Shown: positions 1-8,329 of the stretch, one piece after another
How positions within the stretch are numbered: position 1 is the first letter of the stretch
Layout of the letters: every line of letters starts with the position of its first letter
Virus record (IMG/VR): IMGVR_UViG_3300048893_000243
Span: 1-25,789 of that record
DNA: 25,789 nucleotides
DNA from: a virus
Taxonomy: Duplodnaviria; Caudoviricetes
Strand: one strand, 5' to 3'
Made by a program: the position numbers and the translations under genes
Notes under the pieces: model-generated
Told to the model about the DNA's origin: nothing
Database searches by the model: none
The model's input: the letters and a program-made list of their open reading frames with translations, nothing else

Positions 1-561
1 ATCACGAATCCGTCGGCCAATTCCACGTGGACGACGGGTGCAGTGGCCAACCTCTCGGTGACCTTCGACCAATGTGGCTCACCCGACGTCGATGCACATT
101 GCACCTGGGCCGGAAGGGCCCTCTTGATCTCTCAGGCCGAAGGCGGCTGCCCAGCGGACTCCACCGCGGTCCAAGAAGCGGCCACTGGGAGTCAGTTCTG
201 GGAAAAGGGAGGGCCCTACAGTTTGGGGCCGAGTCCGATACTGCCTGGATACCAAGAACCCTTCTATAGCAATGGCACTGTGGAAAGCGGCCCCCTCAGT
301 CTCGACCTGAAGCCCTATCGAAATCGACCGGCGCGAGACACAATCTGCCTCTACCTGCAGTATGCGCACCTGTATACGCCGAGCTGCCAGCCAGCCAGTT
401 GCACCTCTGTCTCTGAGCCAGTTCTGGTCGCCTCCCAGGCCCTAGTGGCCCGACCTGCGCCTCCAAAGTGCCCCAAGGGCAAGCGGCGTGTACGACGCCA
501 CGGCAAGTTCCGCTGCGTCCCACGCCGTCACCAGACGCATCCTTCCCACCACGCCGCCTAG
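1..561 (+). CDS. 3' part of a Cys-containing, probably exported hypothetical protein (5' truncated)
   Basis: Frame 1 is open from base 1 (ITNPSANSTWTTGAVANLS...) to TAG at 559-561. It ends in the basic tail KCPKGKRRVRRHGKFRCV and converges on the phage operon. Confidence 0.65.
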   Translation: MTNPSANSTWTTGAVANLSVTFDQCGSPDVDAHCTWAGRALLISQAEGGCPADSTAVQEAATGSQFWEKGGPYSLGPSPILPGYQEPFYSNGTVESGPLSLDLKPYRNRPARDTICLYLQYAHLYTPSCQPASCTSVSEPVLVASQALVARPAPPKCPKGKRRVRRHGKFRCVPRRHQTHPSHHAA

Positions 562-562
562 A

Positions 563-610
563 ACGACTAAACGCCCCATCGCCAGCGTGGGCGACAGGGC
601 GTTGGGTCGA
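563..610. terminator. Hairpin between convergent genes, possibly a bidirectional terminator
   Basis: Inverted repeat aacgccc...gggcgtt with inner tcgcc...ggcga, in the gap between convergent stops. No clear adjacent U-tract. Confidence 0.4.
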
Positions 611-623
611 GCGTCTGAGTTTT

Positions 624-824
624 TCAGGAACCGGCAGGCCTGCCGGTGAGCGCCTGGCGGAGCCAGGCGCGTTCGAGCTCCTCGCGGGAGGGCATCGACG
701 CGAGCACGCCGTCCTCGCAGACGGGCACGCGGCGGCCGCTGGGCCGGATGACGATCGCCGCGGGCGGGCCCGGGAGGCGACTGCCGCAGTGCCAGCAGAT
801 GTAGGGCGCCGATGGCTCAGCCAC
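624..824 (-). CDS. Small hypothetical protein with CxxC motif (66 aa)
   Basis: GTG at 824 overlaps the end of the upstream gene: MAEPSAPYICWHCGSRL...VPVC. The longer 1283 start overlaps two better ORFs. Confidence 0.55.
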   Translation of the reverse strand: MAEPSAPYICWHCGSRLPGPPAAIVIRPSGRRVPVCEDGVLASMPSREELERAWLRQALTGRPAGS

Positions 825-1131
825 GACCGGCGGCGAGGAGCTCCCGCAGCGCCTCGATCTCCGCCCAGGCCTTACCGGCGAGGGCGATCGCCACCACCAG
901 GCGGTGCATCTGGGTGTCGTCGAGCTGGCGGGCGGCGCCGATTCCCCAACCGGCGATGTCGGCGGCCTCCTCCTGTACCTCGACGAGCAGCTCGTCGATC
1001 GGCTTTTCCCAGCCGGTGTTGCCGTGGGCCTGCTCGTAGTGATCGAGGCGGGCGAGGACCTGGGTGGCGAGCAGCTCGGGGACGTTGGCGCGCTCGAGGA
1101 CTTCGCGCTCGAGCGCGTGATCGCGCTCCAC
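817..1131 (-). CDS. Helical hypothetical phage protein, weakly MazG/NTP-pyrophosphatase-like
   Basis: 104 aa, abuts the upstream stop, contains the acidic motif EVQEEAAD. Confidence 0.6.
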   Translation of the reverse strand: MERDHALEREVLERANVPELLATQVLARLDHYEQAHGNTGWEKPIDELLVEVQEEAADIAGWGIGAARQLDDTQMHRLVVAIALAGKAWAEIEALRELLAAGRG

Positions 1132-1479
1132 CTACATCGCCCCCGCCGGCAGGTGGCTCGCGGCGATCGCCGCCAGGTCGTTGCGATCGGAGATCCCGAA
1201 GGCGCGTTCCACCGCCCGCCGGCTGCGGGCTGAGTCGAAGGCGAGCACCTCCAGAATGCAGCCGCGCGTTTGGACGACCGCATAGCGTGTCTGGGGACGA
1301 CTCTCAGATGATCGTGAGCGCCGCTGGCTCGCGTTCCGAACGGAGCGCTGGTCCTTGTAGCCCCTCTCTGCCTTCCACACCTTCGAGCGGCAGCGAGAGG
1401 AGCAGGTGCGACCGCGGCAGAGGACGCTGCAGTCCTCTGCCGCGCATGGGCTCTCCGGCTTCTCAGCGACGGACGGCAT
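1132..1479 (-). CDS. Basic Cys-rich (Zn-finger-like) hypothetical protein
   Basis: CAAEDC...CRGRTCSSRCR followed by an Arg-rich stretch. Overlaps the holin end by 17 nt. Confidence 0.6.
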   Translation of the reverse strand: MPSVAEKPESPCAAEDCSVLCRGRTCSSRCRSKVWKAERGYKDQRSVRNASQRRSRSSESRPQTRYAVVQTRGCILEVLAFDSARSRRAVERAFGISDRNDLAAIAASHLPAGAM

Positions 1480-1648
1480 CGACGACCTGCGAGACCACCA
1501 GCGGACCGAAGGCGCAGACGACGCCGATGGCGCCGATGGCGCCGGCGACGATCGACGGGACGCCGACCTGGGTGGAGAAGCCGTAGATGGCGAGGCCCAG
1601 GGCGGGCCCGGTGAGGGCCTCGGTCGGGCGTTTGGCGATGAGGTTCAT
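1463..1648 (-). CDS. Putative holin (61 aa, two hydrophobic segments)
   Basis: Directly downstream of the endolysin, with two hydrophobic stretches, a basic C-terminus (AVRR) and a GGAAGGA RBS. Confidence 0.7.
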   Translation of the reverse strand: MNLIAKRPTEALTGPALGLAIYGFSTQVGVPSIVAGAIGAIGVVCAFGPLVVSQVVDAVRR

Positions 1649-1672
1649 CTTGATCCTTCCTTCGAGGGTTGA

Positions 1673-1701
1673 CTCCCCGCCGGGGAGATCCCGACGGGGA
1701 G
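1673..1701 (-). promoter_or_regulatory. 12-bp RNA hairpin between endolysin and holin
   Basis: Minus strand reads CTCCCCGTCGGG-ATCTC-CCCGGCGGGGAG. It pairs fully (one G-U) only on the coding strand and has no U-tract. Confidence 0.5.
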
Positions 1702-1718
1702 GTGGAGATCCGGTGGAG

Positions 1719-3332
1719 CTAGGGGCGGATGCCGCCCTGAGCCACCGGCACTTCGGTCAGCGGTTCCGCGTCGGCCGCGGGCACGTGGGTTCGCAGGACC
1801 GAGCGGGACTCAGCGGCGAGCGGCGCCGTGACCTTCTTGGCGCGCGGCGCCTTTCGCACTCGCTTGGGCAGGCCGCGGACGCGCAGCTGCTCGAGCGCGC
1901 GGCGGCCGCCGCGGACCTTGCTCACGTCGACCTCGCCGGCGACGCCGGCGACGTGCGCTGTCCATGTGTACTGCCAGAGCGTGAAGACGTGCCACGGGCT
2001 CGGGATCAGTGGGCGATCAGCGCCGGGGTGCGCGATCCAGAGCAGGTAGTGGTTGAGGAGCGAGCATCCCCGCAGGTATTCGTCGACGTAGCTCGGGTAG
2101 GTGTAGATGACTGGCTTCTCGCCGAGCACCTTCTTGACCGTGTGGACGAATTCGCCGACTTCGTGACACCAGGCGGAGTCGGAAAGCGAGGTCTTCTCCT
2201 CGACGTCCACGAAGGGCATCAGGAAGCCCTTGCCGTAACCAGCGTGGCCGATGGCGTTGGCGAAGAAAGCGGCCTCGGCCTTGCCCGAGCTCCCGCCCGG
2301 CGAGAGCCAGTGGTAGACGCCGGGCACCAGGTGCGCCGCGCCGATCGCGGCGAGCTGCCGTCGACCGAAGCAGGGGTTGAGGTAGGTCGTGCCCTCGGTT
2401 GCCTTCGTGATCGCGAAGCTGGCACCGTCGTGGCGTACAGCCTTGAAGTTGATCGCGGGATGGCCCGTCGCGGGGCAGCCGTTGTTGGAGGAGATGTCGA
2501 TGCCCCAGGCGGGCTTGTTGGGCTTGCGCGCCGGGTGCTTGTGGGGCTTCGTCGGCTTCTTGGCCGGCGCCCCCTTGGTCAGACCGGGGACCTTCGCCGG
2601 GGTTGTCTTGACGGGCTTGGAGATCGGTCGGCGCAGGCGCTTCCAGACGCGAGGCGAGACGATGCCGTTGACGGGGATCCGCTGGGCCTTCTGGAAGCGA
2701 CGGACGGCGATCGCCGTCGAGCGGCCGAACTCGCCGTCGACGTCGACGGACTTGTCGCCGTGGCCGCGCAGGAGCTTTTGGACCTTGCGGACATAGACGT
2801 TCTGGCCGGGCCCGCCGGAGCCTCTCTGCAGGCGGGGACTGTGGAGGTTGGTACCCGGGTTGGGGCGGTGAAAGACGGCAGCGTTGTACTTGAGGTGCCA
2901 CCACTCCGACTGCGCGTCGGACCAGCACTTGCACCAGCCGAAGCGCTGGCCGTGCTCGTCGACGTAGCCGCGGACGAACTGCGGGACGTCGATCGCCAGG
3001 CCGAGGCCGTGGTTGGAGGTGCCGGGGTAAGCGGCGAGGTTGCCGCGGCCCGATTGATAGAGCTGCCAGTAGTAGAGCTGGCGCGAGTAGGGACGGTAGG
3101 CCGAGTCGCAGCCGCTGTCGGGAAGACGTTCGCCGGCGGCGAGCGCCATCGAGTTCCAAGCCGCGGCCGCCTTGTCTTCGAGCTGGCCCTGTAGGGGTGT
3201 GCACTTGACGCCGGTGGCGATCGGCGACATCGCGCTCGAGGGCGCGTCGCCGTTCGTCCAGGCGCTTGCTCCCTGGACGCCGGCGCCGAGCAACATCAGC
3301 GCCGCCACGAGGGCGAGCAGGGTCCGCCGCAT
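1719..3332 (-). CDS. Endolysin: signal peptide + M15 (VanY-like) peptidase + PG_binding_1 + GH25 muramidase
   Basis: Signal MRRTLLALVAALMLL...ASA. M15 motifs SAYR, PGTSNHGLGLAID, EWWH. PG-binding VDGEFGRSTAIAVRRFQ. GH25 motifs GIDIS, KATEG, GVYH, DVE, WQY. RBS AAAGGAGG. Confidence 0.92.
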   Translation of the reverse strand: MRRTLLALVAALMLLGAGVQGASAWTNGDAPSSAMSPIATGVKCTPLQGQLEDKAAAAWNSMALAAGERLPDSGCDSAYRPYSRQLYYWQLYQSGRGNLAAYPGTSNHGLGLAIDVPQFVRGYVDEHGQRFGWCKCWSDAQSEWWHLKYNAAVFHRPNPGTNLHSPRLQRGSGGPGQNVYVRKVQKLLRGHGDKSVDVDGEFGRSTAIAVRRFQKAQRIPVNGIVSPRVWKRLRRPISKPVKTTPAKVPGLTKGAPAKKPTKPHKHPARKPNKPAWGIDISSNNGCPATGHPAINFKAVRHDGASFAITKATEGTTYLNPCFGRRQLAAIGAAHLVPGVYHWLSPGGSSGKAEAAFFANAIGHAGYGKGFLMPFVDVEEKTSLSDSAWCHEVGEFVHTVKKVLGEKPVIYTYPSYVDEYLRGCSLLNHYLLWIAHPGADRPLIPSPWHVFTLWQYTWTAHVAGVAGEVDVSKVRGGRRALEQLRVRGLPKRVRKAPRAKKVTAPLAAESRSVLRTHVPAADAEPLTEVPVAQGGIRP

Positions 3333-3388
3333 AGCGGACCTCCTTTCGGTTGTGGTTATGGAGGCCGCGCTAGGCGGCGAGAGGCGGT

Positions 3389-3397
3389 TGCTACGGT
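3389..3397 (+). promoter_or_regulatory. Extended -10 promoter (TG-c-TACGGT) for a leaderless transcript
   Basis: TGnTAnnnT ends 6 nt before the ATG at 3404, with no Shine-Dalgarno sequence. This is typical actinobacterial leaderless geometry. Confidence 0.5.
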
Positions 3398-3403
3398 CGG
3401 CCG

Positions 3404-3553
3404 ATGGCCGATGAGAAAGACAGGGAGCAGGCCGAAGCCGAAGAAGACTTGGCCGAGGAAGCCGAGCGCATCGCTGAGCTATTCGAGGAGTTCAAGGAAG
3501 TGGCTCCCAAGCCCTACGCGGACTACGTGCCCGACATGCCGTGGGAGCGCTGA
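3404..3553 (+). CDS. Counter-oriented acidic micro-protein (49 aa)
   Basis: MADEKDREQAEAEEDLAEEAERIAELFEEFKEVAPKPYADYVPDMPWER. It sits in the gap between the collagen and endolysin genes without overlap and is not in the ORF track. Confidence 0.6.
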   Translation: MADEKDREQAEAEEDLAEEAERIAELFEEFKEVAPKPYADYVPDMPWER

Positions 3554-3565
3554 AGCCCCAGGCTG

Positions 3566-4363
3566 TCAGTGCGTCAACGAGTAGGAGGCGTTGTCGAAGG
3601 AGGGGATTTGGCCGGCATTGAATGCGACGGCACACTTCACTTTGCCGTCTGGTTCGACCACGACAGGCATCAGACCCGCAGCTGTCGGATTGTTGCCGTC
3701 GATCGCGACGAGGATCTTCTTGTATTTCGGACAGGCCGGGGCTGGCACGGTGAACAGGACCGAGCCGCCGACCACGCCTCCCGCGCCGATCGTGATCAGA
3801 CCCGATAGGTGGGCAAGCTGGCCGTCCTGACCCACCGCGATTTTGGGCGCATAGGGCGCACCGAAGGGTGTGACATTGGCGCCGAGTTCGACGTCTTCCC
3901 ATGCGACAGCCGAGCCACCGCTGCCGGGTGGCCCTTCGGGTCCGGCTGGACCTTCGGGGCCCTGCGGCCCCTGAATCCCGGCGTCGCCTTTGGCGCCCTG
4001 TTTGCCTTCAGGTCCCTCCGGTCCGACGTCGCCCTGGTCGCCCTTTTCGCCTTTCGGTCCCTGCGCCCCCATTTCACCTTTGCCGTCCGGGCCCTGGGGA
4101 CCTTCGGGCCCCGCCGGACCTTGCAGCCCTTCGGCACCTTTCGGGCCCTGTATGCCCTGGTCGCCCTGGTCTCCCTTCGGTCCCTGTTTCCCTTCCGGTC
4201 CCTGCGGCCCGGCCGGGCCTGGAGGCCCTTCGGCGCTCCCGTTTTTGCCGGCCGGTCCTTGCGGTCCCTGTTTTCCTTGAGGACCCTGGGGGCCGGGAGC
4301 CGAGACCTCGACCACCTCACGTGCGGGATCCCGAACGACAACGACGGTGTCTCCGTCGCTCAT
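3566..4363 (-). CDS. Collagen-like tail fibre / minor virion protein (265 aa)
   Basis: ATGA-coupled start at 4363 ([10 protein letters not shown]), about 40 G-X-Y triplets, and a C-terminal beta-rich head (AHLSGLI...[10 protein letters not shown]). Confidence 0.85.
   Translation of the reverse strand: MSDGDTVVVVRDPAREVVEVSAPGPQGPQGKQGPQGPAGKNGSAEGPPGPAGPQGPEGKQGPKGDQGDQGIQGPKGAEGLQGPAGPEGPQGPDGKGEMGAQGPKGEKGDQGDVGPEGPEGKQGAKGDAGIQGPQGPEGPAGPEGPPGSGGSAVAWEDVELGANVTPFGAPYAPKIAVGQDGQLAHLSGLITIGAGGVVGGSVLFTVPAPACPKYKKILVAIDGNNPTAAGLMPVVVEPDGKVKCAVAFNAGQIPSFDNASYSLTH
3920..4292 (-). repeat. Gly-X-Y collagen coding repeat with two interruptions
   Basis: Blocks of about 7, 16 and 18 triplets ([12 protein letters not shown]...). 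Confidence 0.9.
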
Positions 4364-4707
4364 CGGGTCACCTCCTCGGAGAAGCTGACCTCTCCCTCGA
4401 GGAGGCGGGTCACCTCGTCGCCGGCACTGGTGAGCTCGAGGTCCCAGACGCACATGCTCGAGATCGGCAGGGCCGACGTTTGAGTGGCGCTGGCGAGCAG
4501 CGTGATCTTGCCTCCGTCGCCGAGCTCGATCGAGTTGTCGGCGGAGTCGAAGGTCAGGACCGGCTCGGAGGTGTAGCTCTTGCGGACCTGCGCCTTGGCG
4601 CTGTAGCCGTCGAGGTCGACCGGGGCCCCGGCGCTGTCCTTCCAGGTCACCTCGAGGCGGAAGGTGGAGCCCTTCTCGATCAGAAGGTCGTGACGTGCAG
4701 CGGGCAT
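4360..4707 (-). CDS. Small beta-sandwich phage tail/fibre adaptor protein (115 aa)
   Basis: ATG 4707 after GAAGGAG. The pattern [10 protein letters not shown]...[14 protein letters not shown]...VWDLEL...RLLEG...EVTR is common in genes preceding fibre genes. Confidence 0.75.
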   Translation of the reverse strand: MPAARHDLLIEKGSTFRLEVTWKDSAGAPVDLDGYSAKAQVRKSYTSEPVLTFDSADNSIELGDGGKITLLASATQTSALPISSMCVWDLELTSAGDEVTRLLEGEVSFSEEVTR

Positions 4708-4741
4708 CGGTCTCCTTCCCGCTGACCGGCAGATCTGCCGG

Positions 4742-5392
4742 TCAGCTGCAGAGGTGGGCAAGCAGGTCGGCGAGCGAGCAGACCCCGGTCAGGACGGGAT
4801 CCAGCACGCCGGGTTCGCTATGTTCAGGTTCGGGCTCGGGCGAAGACGTCGTTGGTGGGCCTGGCGACTCTGGTTCGCCCTGCGCTGCCGGCGTCGAGGA
4901 AGGCGCGGGCGCCACTTTGCCGGCGGGCTGGAGTGGGGGCGGTGATCCTTTGGGCTGTGGAACGCTGGAGTGCGGTTGCTCGTCGCCCTGATCACCCTCG
5001 TCGCCGACCGACGTCGGCGCGGATTGCTGGCCCGCTTGAGCGGGCTGTAGGGCATCACCTCCTGCAGCTGCGGGGAGCCTGACTCCAGAGCTCGGCGCCG
5101 GGCAGGAGTAGCCGACCTTCCAGAACGCAATGCAGGTGTCGCGGACCGAGCGCTCTTCGTCGGCTTCGCGCTTGATCTGCTGGCACTTCTCGCCGGAGGC
5201 ATTGACCGCGCACGCCGACTCCACCCTTCGGGTCACGTTGGTGATGTCGTCGCCCTGGCGGGCGTTGACGACGCTCGCCAGGATGCCGACCACCAGCCCA
5301 GCCACAGCAAGTAGGCAGACACCGCCCAGGGCGATGCCGAACACGAGTCGCGCGCGAGCAGCGCGCTCCGCGATTCCCTCGGCCTCGGTCAT
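4742..5392 (-). CDS. Membrane-anchored Cys/Pro-rich protein
   Basis: One N-terminal hydrophobic helix, paired Cys residues, a long P/S/Q/E linker and C-terminal VCSLADLLAHLC. ATGA-coupled. Confidence 0.7.
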   Translation of the reverse strand: MTEAEGIAERAARARLVFGIALGGVCLLAVAGLVVGILASVVNARQGDDITNVTRRVESACAVNASGEKCQQIKREADEERSVRDTCIAFWKVGYSCPAPSSGVRLPAAAGGDALQPAQAGQQSAPTSVGDEGDQGDEQPHSSVPQPKGSPPPLQPAGKVAPAPSSTPAAQGEPESPGPPTTSSPEPEPEHSEPGVLDPVLTGVCSLADLLAHLCS

Positions 5393-5628
5393 CCGATCAC
5401 TCCCTTCACGATCAGCGCCGACACCACGCTCAGTACGCCCAATCCCAGGAAGGCGCCGGCGGCTCGATAGATCACATTGGTGTTGCGGTCGACCGCTTCG
5501 CGAAGCAACCCGACCTCCTTGCGCAAGACCGGGATCTCCTTCGTTTCCCCCTCGAGGCGCTCGATGTCCTCCTTGAGGCGGTCCTGGCGATCGGAGATCA
5601 GGCTGAGCGGCGTCGGCTCCTCGACCAT
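5389..5628 (-). CDS. Small coiled-coil protein with C-terminal membrane helix (79 aa)
   Basis: TGATG-coupled start at 5628: MVEEPTPLSLISDRQDRLKEDIERLE...AAGAFLGLGVLSVVSALIVKG. The longer 6495 start is a shadow of the upstream gene. Confidence 0.75.
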   Translation of the reverse strand: MVEEPTPLSLISDRQDRLKEDIERLEGETKEIPVLRKEVGLLREAVDRNTNVIYRAAGAFLGLGVLSVVSALIVKGVIG

Positions 5629-8309
5629 CAGCCCAGCGCCACCGATTCGAAGGTCGCCTCTATCCGCTGCAGCAGGGCATCGAGGCTCGCCGGCGGCGCG
5701 TCGAGGTCGACGGAGGCCGAGCGGGAGCTGCGGGTGCGTGGCGCCCGAACGATCCGGCGGAAGCTGGTGTCCGCAGCATCGGTGAGCTGCAGGTAGTCGC
5801 CTCCCTTGACGCGGTCGTAGGGATGCATGTGCCCGTACTCGTCTTCGACGTGGCCCACGAGCGTGGCCCGCCCGGAGCCGTCGAGCTGTTTGGCGTCCTC
5901 GAGGAAGACCCGCAGGGCTTCTTCGGCCCGGGGGGCACTGCGGGCCCGTTGCAGGTTGAGCCGCGCGTAGCGTTTGATCCCCAGTTCGTTCGCCGGGTTG
6001 AGCGGGTCGTCGTCGAGCAGCGGGCCGACGCGGCGGGTCGCGCCGCTGTCGTCGCGGTAGGTGCCGATCGCGCCGTTGAAGGAGCGCTCCATGGACGGCC
6101 CGGTTTCTTCGAACTTGGCCGGGCGCATCCGCGATCGCCAGCGCTTGGAGAGGCCGCCCCCGCGCTCGTGGTAGTAGAGCGTCTTGTCGTTCCAGACGGC
6201 GAATTCGGGCAGGGAGAAGCGCGCGGCCTCGTTGATCATCGCGAGCGCCGTGGTGTCTTCTTTGAAGGCGAACTGCTGGATCACGAAGGAGCCCGGGCGA
6301 ATGGTGCCCCTCTCGCCCGTGGTGAAGTTGAGGATTGGCGCGTACTTCGCCGCCAGGTAGGCGACGATGTCGCCCTCGAGGAAGCCGACTTCGGGCCAGG
6401 TGCCGCGGAGCGTGAGGGGATGGAGTCCCAGCACCTTGGGGAGCAGCCAAGCGTGGACGTCGGCCATCTGGCCCGATGCGCCGCCGCCGGCCCAAGCGCT
6501 GATCAGGAAGGCGTACTTACGACCCGGACCAGGCGCCTGTACAGATTTGGGAACGGCGGCGCTCTGTGTGGTGGCGTTGTGATCGCTGCCATCGTTGTAG
6601 CTCGACATCACGTCGTCGTCGCTCAGGCGCGCGAGGTCGATCCAACTGGCGTTGCCTTCGGGCCCGGCCAGCACCTTGAAGAAGTAGAGGACTTCGCCGA
6701 TGTCGACGCCGCCGCCGTAGTAGCACTGCTCGCCCATCTCGTTCTTGCCTTCTTCCAGCGTGACGCTGGTGAAGTCCATGAGGATCCCCGGCGGCGCTTC
6801 GCCGGCGTCTGTCCAGCCGGAGGAGATCGAAGCCGCCTGCTTGTAATTTTCTTTGAGGAAGTTCGCCTTGCGCTGGGTGGATGGCTCTCCCCAGCCGGAC
6901 TCGTCGCAGTCGATGATGATCTCCTGCGCCGTTTCGTCGTCCTCAAGCGCCGAGCTCCACCCCTTGGCGCTGGGGGTGACCGCGATCTTGTCCCCAGAGA
7001 CACGAGGCGTGCTCTCCAGCCGGTACTCGCCTACCTGCTGGCCGTTGCTGTACTCCTTGATCGTCGAGAGGCGCAGCAGGTCGCTGTAGTCGACGCCGGG
7101 CTTGCGCGGGAGCGTGCAGGAAAAGTCAGACCAGCCCCCGTTCACCTCTGAGCCGGAGGTGAGGTCTTCGAAGACGTTCGCCGCCTTCGGCTCGTCCTCG
7201 CCCCAGCGGAAGCGCTTGCCTCGCGGGTTCTCGATGATGATCGACTTCCGCAGGGGCGGCAGCTCGCGCACTCGAACCCTTGGGCGGGCACGAAAGGTGA
7301 CGGTGGGCGAGGCGCTGCCGGCGGCCGAGAGGGTGAGGCGCGGACGTGCCTTGAGGCTGAGCGTCGCGCTCGCTTTCCCCGGCGCCGTGCCGAGTGGAAG
7401 TTTGACTTTGACGCCCAGCTGCAGCGTCGCCGAAGAGGTGCCGGGGGAAGGGTTCATCGGCACGCGGAAAGGCGCGAAGAGGCTGAGCGTCGGGCTCGAG
7501 CTGCCTGGCGCAGCCGCCATCGGGATCCCCGTCGGCGTGCGCAGGGCCAGCGTCGGCGAGCTCGAGCCGGGCGCGCTGCCTAGCTGCAGGCGGTTGGGGG
7601 CGCGGAGGGAGAGCGTCGCGGACGAGCTCCCGCCGGCGGCGGCGAAGTCGGTCCCGCGGCCGAGGGTGTAGTGGTTGAGGACCTGGGCGGCGCTCAGCGC
7701 GACGTTGTAGAGGGCGATCTCGTCGAGCGAGGCGGAGAGGAAGTTTTCGGGCCCGGGCTCGGCGCCGAACCACAGTTCTTTTTCGTTGTTGACGAGGGTG
7801 CTGTTGGTGACGGTGCCGGTGACGTCGACGCCGTCGACGTAGATCTTCGTCGTCGCCCCGTTCTTGGTGACGACCACGTGGTGCCAGAGCGTCGTGTCGG
7901 CGATTTTGGTTTTCGACTCGACGATGTCGGCAACGCCGGCGCGGCGGAGCTTGACTTTGTTTTCCCCGGTGAAGGTAACCCGCGCCGAGCCCGCTTCCTT
8001 GGACATCAGGCAGTCGTTGGCGCCGCCGAGTGCTGAGCGCTTCACCCAGCACTCGAAGGTGAAGACGTCGGCGAAGTTCAGCGAGGCGGCGTGCGCGACG
8101 GTGATGTACTGCGTGGTGCCGTTGAGTTTGACCGCGGTGTTGGCGTCGTTGACGATCGCGCCCGCCTGGGCCAGCGTTGGCGCATTTTTGTAGACGCCTT
8201 TGTTGGTGCCTTTGCTGTCGGCGGCTTCGGTCCCCGCGGCCTCGCCGAGGCGCCAGTAGGAGACCAGGCCTGCCTCGGCGAGAACCGCTTCTGAGTATTT
8301 GGCGCTCAC
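5628..8309 (-). CDS. Tail tip protein: LamG/concanavalin-like domain + repeat stalk + putative baseplate-hub region
   Basis: LamG hallmarks YWRLGE, FTFECWVK, WHHVVVT, IYVDG, LDEIALYNVALS, followed by six ~21-aa repeats. The hub call for the C-terminal ~545 aa rests on position and general pattern. Confidence 0.8.
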   Translation of the reverse strand: MSAKYSEAVLAEAGLVSYWRLGEAAGTEAADSKGTNKGVYKNAPTLAQAGAIVNDANTAVKLNGTTQYITVAHAASLNFADVFTFECWVKRSALGGANDCLMSKEAGSARVTFTGENKVKLRRAGVADIVESKTKIADTTLWHHVVVTKNGATTKIYVDGVDVTGTVTNSTLVNNEKELWFGAEPGPENFLSASLDEIALYNVALSAAQVLNHYTLGRGTDFAAAGGSSSATLSLRAPNRLQLGSAPGSSSPTLALRTPTGIPMAAAPGSSSPTLSLFAPFRVPMNPSPGTSSATLQLGVKVKLPLGTAPGKASATLSLKARPRLTLSAAGSASPTVTFRARPRVRVRELPPLRKSIIIENPRGKRFRWGEDEPKAANVFEDLTSGSEVNGGWSDFSCTLPRKPGVDYSDLLRLSTIKEYSNGQQVGEYRLESTPRVSGDKIAVTPSAKGWSSALEDDETAQEIIIDCDESGWGEPSTQRKANFLKENYKQAASISSGWTDAGEAPPGILMDFTSVTLEEGKNEMGEQCYYGGGVDIGEVLYFFKVLAGPEGNASWIDLARLSDDDVMSSYNDGSDHNATTQSAAVPKSVQAPGPGRKYAFLISAWAGGGASGQMADVHAWLLPKVLGLHPLTLRGTWPEVGFLEGDIVAYLAAKYAPILNFTTGERGTIRPGSFVIQQFAFKEDTTALAMINEAARFSLPEFAVWNDKTLYYHERGGGLSKRWRSRMRPAKFEETGPSMERSFNGAIGTYRDDSGATRRVGPLLDDDPLNPANELGIKRYARLNLQRARSAPRAEEALRVFLEDAKQLDGSGRATLVGHVEDEYGHMHPYDRVKGGDYLQLTDAADTSFRRIVRAPRTRSSRSASVDLDAPPASLDALLQRIEATFESVALG
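7265..7645 (-). repeat. Six degenerate ~21-aa tandem repeats (xAPGSSSxTLxL...)
   Basis: GGSSSATLSL, PGSSSPTLAL, PGSSSPTLSL, PGTSSATLQL, PGKASATLSL and AGSASPTVTF at about 63-nt spacing. Confidence 0.85.
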
Positions 8310-8329
8310 GGGACCTCGGCCCTACGCGG

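Noticed and set aside
562-623. Possible att site or tRNA fragment at the left end
   Set aside because: Only a hairpin is visible, with no cloverleaf and no partner repeat in the window.
468-3204. Long alternative-frame ORFs (468-1586 +, 1587-3194 +, 2017-3204 -)
   Set aside because: High-GC shadow frames overlapping well-supported genes, with no recognisable motifs.
5389-7151. 368-aa ORF 5389-6495 and 442-aa ORF 5823-7151
   Set aside because: Shadows of the tail tip gene. Only the last 79 codons of the first form a credible coupled gene.
3920-7645. Repeats considered as CRISPR or DGR template/variable repeats
   Set aside because: They are degenerate in-frame protein repeats. There is no spacer structure, no adenine-specific repeat pair that I could see and no reverse transcriptase.
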